Source: Vicinamibacteria bacterium (GTDB lineage: Bacteria; Acidobacteriota; Vicinamibacteria; Marinacidobacterales; Marinacidobacteraceae). Taken from it: a stretch of 64,000 bases of DNA. The position numbers were made by a program, and so were the translations under genes. Where the stretch lies: positions 2,041,853 to 2,105,852 of the forward strand of contig OZ220713.1 of assembly GCA_965116805.1 (NCBI GenBank), given 5' to 3'. Positions within the stretch are counted from its first letter, which is position 1. The number at the start of each line of letters is the position of its first letter. Positions 8,472 through 17,436 of the stretch are shown here, in pieces. The notes beneath the pieces were generated by a model, which saw nothing but the letters and a program-made list of their open reading frames with translations, was not told the origin of the DNA and made no database searches.

Positions 8472-11400
8472 GTGGGCCTCGTCGAACGGTTCGTCGGCGC
8501 CGCCACCGGGCGGCGCGGGCTTGTCCTGGTGTTCGTCGCCGCGCTCGCGGCGGTCGGCGTCGCGGCGCTCTGGAACCTGCCCGTCGAGGCGTTCCCCGAC
8601 CTGACGAACAACCAGGTCGTCGTCATCACCGAAGCCCCGAGCCTCGGCGCTCCCGAGGTCGAGCAGCAGGTCTCCTATCCCATCGAGACCGCCCTCATGG
8701 GGGTGCCCGACGCCGAGGAGGTCCGTTCGGTCTCCAAGTTCGGGCTCTCGCTCGTCACCGTGGTCTTCGACGACGCGGTGCCGATGTACGTCGCCCGTCA
8801 GCTCGTGACCGAGCGGCTGACCGAAGTGCGCGGCCAGATGCCCGCCGGGCTCGAACCCACGCTCGGTCCGCCCGCCACCGCGTTCGGCGAGATCTACCAG
8901 TACGTCGTGACCGGCGACGACCCGATGGCGAACAAGACGGTCCACGACTGGGAGGTGCGGACCCGGCTGCGCTCGGTGCCGGGGGTGAGCGAGGTGAACT
9001 CCTGGGGCGGCCTCACCCAGCAGTTCGAGGTGGTCGTCCGGCCGGAGGCGCTCGAGGAGTTCGACCTCACCCTCCGCGACGTCTTCCACGCCATCGGCGA
9101 CAGCAACCGGGCGTTCAGCGGGGGGTTCATCGAGGCCCGCGACGAGCGCTACACCGTGCGCGGGATCGGGCTCCTCACCGGTGTCGAAGACCTCGAGCGG
9201 GTGGTGGTGCGCGCCGACGACGGCGTCCCGGTGCTCCTCGCCGATATCGCCGAGGTCGGGCTGGGGGCGATGCAGCGGAGCGGCGCCGTCACCGCGGGCG
9301 GCGAGGGCGAGGTCACGAGCGGCATGGTGGTCATGCTGAAGGGCGAGAACGCGCTCGAGGTCTCCGACCTGGTCAAGGAGCGGATGTCCGAGATCCTGCC
9401 CGGTTTGCCGCAGGGCATGGACATCGAGCCCTTCTACGACCAGAGCGAGGTCATCGACCGCACCTCGGCGACCGTGCGGCGGAACCTCATCGAGGGCTGC
9501 CTGCTGGTCATCCTGGTCCTCTTCATCTTCCTGCGCGACGTCCGGGCGGCGCTCATCGTCGCCGCAGTCATTCCGCTCTCGATGCTCGTGGGCTTCACCG
9601 GCATGCGCGCCTTCGGCATCTCGGCCAACCTGATGTCGCTCGGCGCCATCGACTTCGGGCTCATCGTGGACGGTGCGGTGGTCATGATGGAGAGCTTCGT
9701 CCGGCGGCGGGCGGCCTCCGGGGAAGGCGGCGGGCGCGTCGCACAGATCCGCGGCGCGGCGATGGAGGTGGCGCGGCCGGTGCTCTTCGGCGTGCTCATC
9801 ATCATCGCCGTCTATCTGCCGATCCTCACCCTCGAAGGCCTCGAGGGGAAGATGTTCCGGCCGATGGCGATCACGGTCTGCTCGGCGCTCTTCGGATCGC
9901 TCCTCCTCTCGCTCACCGGCGTCCCGGTGGTCTCGTCCTTCCTGCTGAAGTTCGGCGGGGTCCACCGGGAGGCGCGCTGGTTCGAGCGGCTCCGCGAGCG
10001 GTACCTCCGGGTGCTCCGGGTCGCCATGACGCGGAAGGCCGCAACGGTCGGCATCGCGACGGTCATCATCCTGACCGCCATCGGCTCCGTTCCCTTTCTG
10101 GGCACCGAGTTCATGCCGCGCCTCGACGAGGGCTCGATCCTGATCGAGACCCGGAAGCTGCCGTCGGTGTCGCTCGAGGAGTCGGTCGAGATCTCGACCC
10201 GGGTGGAGCGGAAGCTGCTCGCCGAGTTCGACGAGATCTCGGACATCGTCACCAAGATGGGCCGGCCGGATCTCGCCACCGAGGCGATGGGCATCTACCA
10301 GGGCGACGTGTACGTGCTGCTCCATCCCGAGGACGACTGGGAGAGCGGGCGATCCAAGGAGGAGTTGATCGACGCGCTCGCGGCTTCGCTGGCGGAGATC
10401 CCCGGGCTGTCGGTGAACTTCACCCAGCCGATGGCCATGCGGCTCGACGAGGTCGTCTCCGGAATCAAGGCGGACGTGGCAGTGAAGGTCTTCGGGCCCG
10501 ATGCAGCGGTCCTCGAACGCCTGGGAGCGGAAGTTCTGCGCGTCATCGAGGGGGTGCCGGGCGCTGCCGACGCTCAGCTCGAGGTGCTCTCCGGAGCCGC
10601 GCAACTCGAAGTCCGTCTCGACCGGGAGGCCCTCGCCCGCTACGGGCTCCACGTGGGGGACGTCCAGGAGTTCGTCGAGACCGCGGTCGCCGGCAGCACG
10701 GTCACCCAGCTCATCGACGGCGCCCGAAGGTTTCCGGTGGTGGTGCGTTTCCCGCCCGAACGGCGTGCCGACGCCGCGGCGCTGGCGTCGGTGCCCCTCA
10801 CGGCTCCCGGGGGCGAGCACATCCCGCTGGGCCGGATCGCGGAGATCGCCGCCGCGCCCACCCCGGAGGCGATCAACCACGAGAACGGGGAGCGCCGGCT
10901 GGTGGTCCAGACGAACGTCCGGGGCCGGGACGTGGGCAGCTTCGTCGCCGAGGCGGAGGACCGGATCGCGGAGCGGGTGACGCTGCCCTCCGGCTACTAC
11001 CTGACCTGGGGCGGCCAGTTCGAGAACCAGCAGCGCGCCATGTCCCGGCTGACGCTGGTGGTCCCGCTCTCCATCGCCATCATCTTCGGCCTGCTCTACG
11101 TCACCTTCCGGCGGGTGCGCTGGGCGCTCCTGATCCTCCTGAACGTGCCGTTCGCCGCGGTGGGCGGGATCGCCGCGCTCTGGATCCGTGGCCTGACGCT
11201 CAACCTGTCAGCCTCGGTGGGCCTGATCGCGCTCTTCGGGATCGCGACGCTGAACGGCATCGTCATGCTCGCCGCGATCCGGGCGCTCCGCGAGGACGAG
11301 GGGCTCGGCCTCCGCGAGGCGATCGTGACCGGAGCCGGCTCGCGGCTGAAGCCCGTGCTGATGACCGCCACCGTGGCCTCCATCGGGTTCCTGCCGATGG

Positions 11401-11549
11401 CGCTCTCGCAGGGGGCCGGCGCCGAGGTGCAGCGGCCGCTCGCCACCGTCGTGATCGGGGGCATCGTGACCTCCACGCTGCTGACCCTCGTGGTGCTCCC
11501 GACGCTCTACGAGCGGATGGAGGCGTGGGTGGCGGCGCGGGCCGGGTAG
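8472..11549 (+). CDS. czcA: Heavy-metal efflux RND transporter, CusA/CzcA family (1025 aa)
   Basis: MGLVERFVGAA...; LSLVTVVFDDAVPMYVARQLVTERL and GEIYQY HME-RND signatures; 12-TM RND topology. GTG start 5 bp after the czcB stop. Confidence 0.9.
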   Translation: MGLVERFVGAATGRRGLVLVFVAALAAVGVAALWNLPVEAFPDLTNNQVVVITEAPSLGAPEVEQQVSYPIETALMGVPDAEEVRSVSKFGLSLVTVVFDDAVPMYVARQLVTERLTEVRGQMPAGLEPTLGPPATAFGEIYQYVVTGDDPMANKTVHDWEVRTRLRSVPGVSEVNSWGGLTQQFEVVVRPEALEEFDLTLRDVFHAIGDSNRAFSGGFIEARDERYTVRGIGLLTGVEDLERVVVRADDGVPVLLADIAEVGLGAMQRSGAVTAGGEGEVTSGMVVMLKGENALEVSDLVKERMSEILPGLPQGMDIEPFYDQSEVIDRTSATVRRNLIEGCLLVILVLFIFLRDVRAALIVAAVIPLSMLVGFTGMRAFGISANLMSLGAIDFGLIVDGAVVMMESFVRRRAASGEGGGRVAQIRGAAMEVARPVLFGVLIIIAVYLPILTLEGLEGKMFRPMAITVCSALFGSLLLSLTGVPVVSSFLLKFGGVHREARWFERLRERYLRVLRVAMTRKAATVGIATVIILTAIGSVPFLGTEFMPRLDEGSILIETRKLPSVSLEESVEISTRVERKLLAEFDEISDIVTKMGRPDLATEAMGIYQGDVYVLLHPEDDWESGRSKEELIDALAASLAEIPGLSVNFTQPMAMRLDEVVSGIKADVAVKVFGPDAAVLERLGAEVLRVIEGVPGAADAQLEVLSGAAQLEVRLDREALARYGLHVGDVQEFVETAVAGSTVTQLIDGARRFPVVVRFPPERRADAAALASVPLTAPGGEHIPLGRIAEIAAAPTPEAINHENGERRLVVQTNVRGRDVGSFVAEAEDRIAERVTLPSGYYLTWGGQFENQQRAMSRLTLVVPLSIAIIFGLLYVTFRRVRWALLILLNVPFAAVGGIAALWIRGLTLNLSASVGLIALFGIATLNGIVMLAAIRALREDEGLGLREAIVTGAGSRLKPVLMTATVASIGFLPMALSQGAGAEVQRPLATVVIGGIVTSTLLTLVVLPTLYERMEAWVAARAG

Positions 11550-11566
11550 CGGCCGGCGTTCCCGGC

Positions 11567-12808
11567 CTACCGGTCGCGGACGTCGTAGGCGACCAGCACG
11601 TCCTGGTCGCGCAGGTAGAGGAGGCCGTTCGCGACCACCGGATGGCTCCAGGTGTTCTCTCCCGAGCGGTCCCGCTGGCGCAGTTCGAAGCGGCCGTGTT
11701 GCCGGTAGCCGGCGCGCGAAGGTTCCACCAGGGCGACGTCGCCGCGTTCGCTGAACACGTAGAGCCGGTTGTCCGCGAAGGTGAGGGAGCCCTTCCGGAT
11801 CGAGCGGTCGCGCCAGAAGAGCGCCCCGGTCTCGATGTCGACGGCGCTGAAGATGGACCCCGAGAACCCGTAGAGGACGCCCTCGTGGAGCACGGGCGTC
11901 ATGTGGTGGGCCCGCATGTTCCGGGTGAAGTACTTCTCGCTGGCGGTGACTCCGCCGGCGCTGTCGGCCTGCAGCTCGAGCAGGGCGCCCCCCGTGCCGT
12001 AGTCCGAGGACAGGAAGACCTCCGCGGTGCCCCCGCGGTTCGAGACCAGGACCGGCGTCGCGATGTTGGCCGTCCGGTTCGAGGCGCGGCGGTAGCTCCA
12101 GAGCAGGGCGCCGTCGTCCGCGCGGATGCCCGCGGCGCGCTCGCCGCTGAAATAGACGATGTGCGGCGCGCCCGCGAGATCCACCGGCAGCGGTGAGGAG
12201 TAGCCCGCCTCGTCGCCGGCGGTCCCCCAGAGGAGTTCGCCGGACTCCCGGTCGAAGGCGGCGAACCCGACCTGCCGGCTGCCGGGCGAGACCAGCACCC
12301 GGTCACCCAGCACGAGCGGCGATTCGCTGATGCCCCAACTGATGTTCCTCCCCCGGAAGCGCTCGAGGAGGTTGAGGGTCCAGAGGACCTGCCCGCTGGC
12401 GGCGTCGAGGGCGGTGAGCTGCCCCCGGGCGCCGAGGGCGTACACCGTCCCGTCCACCACCGTCGGGACGCCGCGGGGGCCGTCCCCCCGGCCGTCCCGA
12501 TAGGCGTCGGCGTGCGGCGTCGCCCAGAGCTGGGCGCCGGTGGCGGCGTCCAGCGTGACGATCCACTCCCGGCCGGAGAACATGCCCTGGGTGTGGATGC
12601 GGCCGTCGGCCACCGCCACCGTCGAGTAGCCGGCGCCGAGGCCGTCGGCCCGGAAGACGAGCGGCGGGCCGCCGTCGGGCCAGCTCTGCCGGAGACCCGT
12701 TTCGAGGGAGATGCCGTCCCGGTTCGGTCCCCGCCACTGCGGCCAGTCGTCGCCGGCGGTGGCGGGAAGGGGAAGGAGGAGCAGGGCGGCGAGGGCGGCG
12801 AACCTCAT
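11567..12808 (-). CDS. PQQ-like beta-propeller repeat protein (BamB-like), secreted
   Basis: Signal peptide MRFAALAALLLLPLPATAG. Repeated 'G.V(Y/L)A.D..(T/S)G..LW' PQQ/WD-like blades. Confidence 0.85.
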   Translation of the reverse strand: MRFAALAALLLLPLPATAGDDWPQWRGPNRDGISLETGLRQSWPDGGPPLVFRADGLGAGYSTVAVADGRIHTQGMFSGREWIVTLDAATGAQLWATPHADAYRDGRGDGPRGVPTVVDGTVYALGARGQLTALDAASGQVLWTLNLLERFRGRNISWGISESPLVLGDRVLVSPGSRQVGFAAFDRESGELLWGTAGDEAGYSSPLPVDLAGAPHIVYFSGERAAGIRADDGALLWSYRRASNRTANIATPVLVSNRGGTAEVFLSSDYGTGGALLELQADSAGGVTASEKYFTRNMRAHHMTPVLHEGVLYGFSGSIFSAVDIETGALFWRDRSIRKGSLTFADNRLYVFSERGDVALVEPSRAGYRQHGRFELRQRDRSGENTWSHPVVANGLLYLRDQDVLVAYDVRDR

Positions 12809-13779
12809 TCGGAACCCTCCCGGCTGCTCGCCACCGGCAACGCGGCTTCCCGAAGCGCTTCGAGATAGTCCTGGAGGCGCCGGCCTGCATCGCCCGGCTC
12901 AAGATCGCCCGGCGCGACGCTGTCGGGTCCGGGGATCTCGGCCATGAAGGCGTAAACGAGTGCCCGGCCGGCAGGTTCCCCGGGGGCCGCGTAGTACCCC
13001 GAGAGCACGCGGGTGATGGGGCTCGAGTTGAGCGAGCCCCCCTTGTAGAAGTGGCGGCCGTCCTCCGTGTCCTCGAGGAAGAGGATGTCCCGCATCGCGG
13101 CGTGAGTCTGGGGCGAGATCCCGGGGACGTCGCCCCGGGCGACGGCGGCGAGGACCGCGGTGAGCGAGCCGGCCGTCGCGGTGTTGTCCCCGGTCACGTC
13201 CCGCGCGGCGAGCATGTAGCGGCGCGAGTCGATGCCGGAGAAATCCGGGTGGCGGGCCTGGATCCTGTCGGTGAGTTCGGGTGGCCCCCCGAGGAACGCG
13301 GTCACCAGGTTCGCCGCCGCGTTGTAGACCGGGTTCGAGACCCCGGTCCCCCGGATCATGTGGCGCCCCACCGTCCGCGCGGTGGCGGTTTCCAGGTGTT
13401 CCCGGATCTCCGCCTGGGTGTCCGCGTCGAAGTGGACGATGGCGGGATGTTCCGGATCGCCGACGACGTCCACCGCACCCGGGACGGGCTCGTCGAGCGC
13501 GTCGGCGCGGTCCGAGAAGAACTCGACCAGGTAGGCCGTCTTGATGGAGCTCGCCGCGGGGCGGGGGACGTCGGCGGACTCCGTGTAGAGCGCCTCGCCG
13601 TCCGCCGTCCCGATCCAGATGCTCCGGCCGAGGCCGGTGAACGCCGCGGCGTCCACGCCGTCGAGAGCGGCGGCGACCGCCTCGCGTCCATCGAGCGGGG
13701 CAGGGGCCGGAGCGGCCCCGTTGCAACCGGCCGCGAGGGCAACAAATGCCGCTAAGGTGTTCCGAAGGAGGATCCGCAT
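12805..13779 (-). CDS. Serine hydrolase, class A beta-lactamase-like lipoprotein
   Basis: Trimmed to MRILLRNTLAAFVALAAGC (lipobox). S-x-x-K motif SSIKTAYL, KGG box. Stop overlaps the downstream PQQ gene start (ATGA). The upstream Arg-rich 105 codons in the track ORF are judged non-coding. Confidence 0.7.
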   Translation of the reverse strand: MRILLRNTLAAFVALAAGCNGAAPAPAPLDGREAVAAALDGVDAAAFTGLGRSIWIGTADGEALYTESADVPRPAASSIKTAYLVEFFSDRADALDEPVPGAVDVVGDPEHPAIVHFDADTQAEIREHLETATARTVGRHMIRGTGVSNPVYNAAANLVTAFLGGPPELTDRIQARHPDFSGIDSRRYMLAARDVTGDNTATAGSLTAVLAAVARGDVPGISPQTHAAMRDILFLEDTEDGRHFYKGGSLNSSPITRVLSGYYAAPGEPAGRALVYAFMAEIPGPDSVAPGDLEPGDAGRRLQDYLEALREAALPVASSREGSE

Positions 13780-13816
13780 GGACGCGGTGAGCATATTCCG
13801 TGTTGATTGAACCGTC

Positions 13817-14629
13817 ATGTGGGTAACCCGGCCGCTCGCGCGGGGCTTCGACCCGGCCCGGATCAGGGACCCGGAACGTTCGGGAGCGGTGGACTGGGCG
13901 CTCTTCAACGCCAACTTCGAGCGGTTCCTGAACACCCCCTGGTGGCGCGTCAACCAGGGACATCGCGGCCCCGCGTGGCTCCGCGCTCTCCGTCTCGGCA
14001 TCGCGTACGCGCAGCAGCGGCGCGACGCGATCCACGACTTCACAGGCAAGGCGGCGGCGCTTTCCCGCCTGCGCGTCCCGCCCGACCCCAGCATCGTGTT
14101 CTTCGGCGCCGAGGCGGGCTGGGAGGCGGCGATCCTCCAGGCGCTCTTCGGAGCCGGCGGCGAAGTCGTCCTGATCGACGAGGACCCCGCGGCCCACGAC
14201 CGCTTCCGCCACGCGCCGCTCGCCGTTCGCGTCCGGGCGCCCCGCGGTTCGGCCCGCCACGAACTCCTCGTGAAGCGCGACCCCGACCGCTGGCGCTACC
14301 TCCGCCAGAACTTCTTCGACGTGCCCCCCGAGCCCCGTTTCGACGTCGGCATCGACTGGGGCCTCATCGAGCACTTCCCCGACCCCGGCAAGGCCAGGCT
14401 CATCGCCCACTTCCGGCGGTTCCTGAAACCCGGAGCCCTCCAGATCTCCAGCACCCCCCGGGACCGCTTCGCCGTCCGCCTCTTCTACCGCGCCTTCGCC
14501 GACGAACTCAACACCGGCTACCGCGAACTCATGACACTCCCCGAGCTAACGGACCGCATCGAGTCGGCAGGCGGCACAATCGAAACCCAACTCACCCTCC
14601 CCGCCCACAACATCGTCGCCTACCGATAA
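13817..14629 (+). CDS. Class I SAM-dependent methyltransferase-like protein
   Basis: Rossmann motif I ...SIVFFGAEAGWEAA..., acidic strand VVLIDEDP, post-II ...IEHFPDPGKARLIAHFRRFLKPGALQIS.... Confidence 0.6.
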   Translation: MWVTRPLARGFDPARIRDPERSGAVDWALFNANFERFLNTPWWRVNQGHRGPAWLRALRLGIAYAQQRRDAIHDFTGKAAALSRLRVPPDPSIVFFGAEAGWEAAILQALFGAGGEVVLIDEDPAAHDRFRHAPLAVRVRAPRGSARHELLVKRDPDRWRYLRQNFFDVPPEPRFDVGIDWGLIEHFPDPGKARLIAHFRRFLKPGALQISSTPRDRFAVRLFYRAFADELNTGYRELMTLPELTDRIESAGGTIETQLTLPAHNIVAYR

Positions 14630-15040
14630 CGCTCGGAGCGCCGGCCTCCGGCCGGCATCGACCGCCCCCAGGCGGTCGAAACCGCACCCCGCCTCCCGCC
14701 CTCTCCGCAGCAACGGCTGGGACCGCCGGTCTTCAGACCGGCAGCGGCCCGCAGGGCCGCAAAGCGCGCGGCCCCGATCCGCGTGGATGACGCGTACGGC
14801 TTGGAACGCCGGCTTCAGCCGGCACGCGGCCCGCAGGGCCGCAGAGCGCGCGGCGCTGATCCGCGCTGATGGCGCGTACGGCTTGGAACGCCGGCTTCAG
14901 CCGGCACGCGGCCCACAGGGCCGCAGAGCGCGCGGCGTTGATCGCGGGGAGAACACGCACGGCTGGGAGCGCCGGTCTTCAGACCGGCACGCGCGGCGCC
15001 CCCCCACCGGGAGAACTGGCGCGCCGCGCGCTTCGTACGC
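14630..15040. repeat. Cluster of REP/BIME-like palindromic units, including two about 80-bp tandem copies
   Basis: GTACGGCTTGGAACGCCGGCTTCAGCCGGCACGCGGCC(C/A)CAGGGCCGCAGAGCGCGCGGCG occurs twice in tandem at 14797-14960. Also GCCGGTCTTCAGACCGGCAC and CGCGGCGCCCCCCCACCGGGAGAACTGGCGCGCCGCG hairpins. The same units are found at 5.35-6.0 kb, 28.6 kb, 33.4-33.8 kb and 37.2 kb. Confidence 0.8.
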
Positions 15041-15044
15041 GGAA

Positions 15045-16147
15045 GCTCCGGTCAATAGCGACGAGGCTCCGGTCGATATCGAGGGCCTCGGGCTCCCAGC
15101 TCCAGTCGATAACTTCGGAGGTCCGGTCGATATCGGGCGTCTCGGATTCCCAGCTCCGGTCGATAACGCCGGGGGTCCGGTCGATATCGGATGTCTCGGA
15201 TTCCGAGCTCCGGTCGATATCGAGGATCGGTGGCGGAGTTGGCAATAGGATGAGGGCGCGATGATGCGCCACCTGACCGCAATCGTCGAACGGGAGGCCG
15301 ACGGATACGTCGCCCTGTGCCCGGAAGTAGATGTCGCGAGCCAGGGAGACACCGTTGCCGAGGCACGCGCGAACCTGAAGGAAGCGCTGACCCTATTCTT
15401 CGAGACGGCCCCCGCAGAGGAAATCGACCGGCGACGTGTCTCGGGATTCCAGCTCCGGTCGATAACTGTGGGGGTCCGGTCGATATCGGGGGTCTCGGAT
15501 TCCCAGCTCCGGTCGATAACGTCGGGGGTCCGGTCGATATGCGGTGTCTCGGATCTCAACTCCGGTCGATATCGAGGGTTGGCGGCGACAGGTCCGGTCG
15601 ATATCGATGGAGCTCCGGTCGATAACGCCAGCCGGCCAGTCGAGCTCCGGTCGATAACGCGCAGCTCCGGTCGATATCCGGGGTCGGCGGGCTGGAAGCT
15701 CCGGTCGATAACGTGGAGCTCCGGTCGATATCCGGGGTCGGCGGGCTGGAAGCTCCGGTCGATAACGTGGAGCTCCGGTCGATATCCGGGGTCGGCGGGC
15801 TGGAAGCTCCGGTCGATAACGTGGAGCTCCGGTCGATATCGGAGGCCGGCGGGCTGGAGGCTCCGGTCGATAACGTGGAGCTCCGGTCGATATCCGGGGT
15901 CGGCGGTTGGAAGCTCCGGTCGATAAACGTGGAGCTCCGGTCGATATCGGAGGCCGGCGGGTGGAGGCTCCGGTCGATAACGTGGAGCTCCGGTCGATAT
16001 CGGAGGCTGGCGGGTGGAGGCTCCGGTCGATAACGCGGTGTAGGAGACGCCCGTAGAGTCGGAGTTGGGAGACACCAACTTTTGCGCACGGGGGAGGCGA
16101 GGCTCCGGTCGATAGCGATGGTCAGCGAAGGGAGCTCCGGTCGATAA
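15045..16147. repeat. Tandem array of about 31 copies of a 16-bp motif GCTCCGGTCGATA(A/T)CG alternating the ATAACG and ATATCG variants, in two clusters (15045-15221 and 15452-16147). Includes a 54-bp higher-order repeat of about 6 copies at 15699-16030.
   Basis: Directly visible: ...gctccggtcgataacgtggagctccggtcgatatccggggtcggcgggctggaa... repeated with period 54. Copies are spaced 20-33 bp apart. The core contains the palindrome CGATATCG. One isolated copy sits at 17079-17095. Confidence 0.9.
15261..15926 (+). CDS. HicB-like (UPF0150) antitoxin-domain protein. The N-terminal roughly 58 aa form a genuine domain. The rest of the ORF is read-through of the tandem array.
   Basis: MMRHLTAIVEREADGYVALCPEVDVASQGDTVAEARANLKEALTLFFETAPAEEIDRR matches the HicB/UPF0150 N-terminal fold. 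From residue about 60 the frame is translated repeat (QLRSITVGVRSISGVSD...). No HicA partner adjacent. The true C-terminus is unknown. Confidence 0.4.
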   Translation: MMRHLTAIVEREADGYVALCPEVDVASQGDTVAEARANLKEALTLFFETAPAEEIDRRRVSGFQLRSITVGVRSISGVSDSQLRSITSGVRSICGVSDLNSGRYRGLAATGPVDIDGAPVDNASRPVELRSITRSSGRYPGSAGWKLRSITWSSGRYPGSAGWKLRSITWSSGRYPGSAGWKLRSITWSSGRYRRPAGWRLRSITWSSGRYPGSAVGSSGR

Positions 16148-16148
16148 C

Positions 16149-16931
16149 ATGAGACTCGTGACTCTTCGTCGAGCGGCGCTTGGCGCCGTGCTGGCGCTCA
16201 TGGCGGTCGTGGTGACGCTCGCCGTGATCCGGCGGTCGGCCACTCCGCCAGCGCCCACGACTTCGGCAGACGAGGCGCTTGCCCTGGAGTCACCGTCCTA
16301 CGGCACGCGTGAACCAGCGGTGGACGCTGCCGAGCCGGAAACCGAGGTCCCCGATGAAGTCCTGGCCGTTCAAACGCCACCGGACAGCAGTCCGGCGGGA
16401 CTCCTGGTGGCAGCCGCCGGGGCGGGCGACGCCGCGCGCGTTCGGGAACTCCTCGCTGCCGGAGTGCCGCCGGATTCCGAGAGTCAGGGAACGTTCGCCA
16501 TTCACCGCGCCGCGGTCGCTGGTTCGGTCGCGGTACTCCAGGTTCTCGTGGAGGCCGGAGCGCACCTCGAAGCGCTCAACCAGTACGGGCAGACGGCCCT
16601 GACCCAGGCTGCGTTCTACGGCAATGCGGAAGCGGTGGTGTTCCTGCTGAGCGCGGGCGCCGACCCGAACGCCCACGCCGAACCGAACCATCAGACACCC
16701 CTGAGGGCGATCCTGAGCGGCTGGACAATGACTCTCTCGAGTCGCTCGCGGCTCCCGCCGAAGGACGAGGAACGCTTCGCGGCGGCCTGGGCGCTCATTC
16801 AGGCGGGGGCCGATCCACACTTCGGTCCCGGAGACCATCCACCGCCAGTGGTGATGGCGGAAGCCCTCGGCGGCGAAGTCGGGCGGCTCTTCGCCCAGGA
16901 TCCGACCGATCCCGGGCAGCGCCCGCGCTGA
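16149..16931 (+). CDS. Ankyrin-repeat protein with N-terminal signal/TM anchor
   Basis: MRLVTLRRAALGAVLALMAVVVTLAV...; repeated ANK units (..TPLHRAA..G....VLVEAGA..). The ATG sits immediately after the last array copy (...gctccggtcgataacATG). Confidence 0.8.
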   Translation: MRLVTLRRAALGAVLALMAVVVTLAVIRRSATPPAPTTSADEALALESPSYGTREPAVDAAEPETEVPDEVLAVQTPPDSSPAGLLVAAAGAGDAARVRELLAAGVPPDSESQGTFAIHRAAVAGSVAVLQVLVEAGAHLEALNQYGQTALTQAAFYGNAEAVVFLLSAGADPNAHAEPNHQTPLRAILSGWTMTLSSRSRLPPKDEERFAAAWALIQAGADPHFGPGDHPPPVVMAEALGGEVGRLFAQDPTDPGQRPR

Positions 16932-17163
16932 ACGGGCAGGTGCCCCAGGGCCCGGGTTCGGCGCTGTCCGGTCCCCCGCTCCGGACTAGAGCGAGCCGAG
17001 CGTGGCCCAGGGGTCTCCGCGCAGCGTCCTGAGCCCGGCGATCGCCGAAGCGAGGAGCATCAGTCGACAGCGACGGAGGCTCCCGTCGATATCGGATTCG
17101 AAGTCCTGTTCGGCCGCGCCGTAGGACCGACGTCAAACCGAAGCGGCGATGGGCGCGGTTGAT

Positions 17164-17436
17164 CTATTTCGGCACGTGGTGCCGCCGATATGCCTGACTC
17201 CGGTGGAGGACGGCTTCGATGGCCACGGAGCCAGTCTGCGGATCATGTCGGTAGATCACGCGCCAATCCCCGACCCGGAGCCGCGCCATGTTGCCCGGCC
17301 CCTTCAGTCTCTTCACATCGCCCTGATCTTGCTCGACATAACGGTCGATCGCCTCAACTACCCGAATGCGAGCCGGCCGATCAAGCCGCTTCAGGTCGCG
17401 AAGCGCGCGATTCGTATAGGACGCGCGTTCGGTCAG
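17164..17436 (-). CDS. RelE/ParE-family type II toxin lacking a canonical start codon (possible pseudogene, or CTG start overlapping the antitoxin stop)
   Basis: Reverse frame gives LTERASYTNRALRDLKRLDRPARIRVVEAIDRYVEQDQGDVKRLKGPGNMARLRVGDWRVIYRHDPQTGSVAIEAVLHRSQAYRRHHVPK*, a classic RelE/ParE core. The in-frame upstream stretch back to a TGA contains no ATG/GTG/TTG. Confidence 0.5.
   Translation of the reverse strand: MTERASYTNRALRDLKRLDRPARIRVVEAIDRYVEQDQGDVKRLKGPGNMARLRVGDWRVIYRHDPQTGSVAIEAVLHRSQAYRRHHVPK

Noticed and set aside
15045-16147. Possible CRISPR array
   Set aside because: Repeats are only about 16 bp, the 'spacers' are 5-17 bp and partly repeated themselves (54-bp higher-order unit), and there are no cas genes nearby. 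It is a minisatellite or iteron-like array.
14897-16258. 453-aa minus-strand ORF and other ORFs (14979..15272 -, 15052..15366 -, 15317..15625 +, 15556..16089 -, 15713..16033 +) across the array
   Set aside because: They are open only because the repeat unit lacks stop codons in those frames. The translated products are pure repeat peptide (for example RYRPELHVIDRS...).
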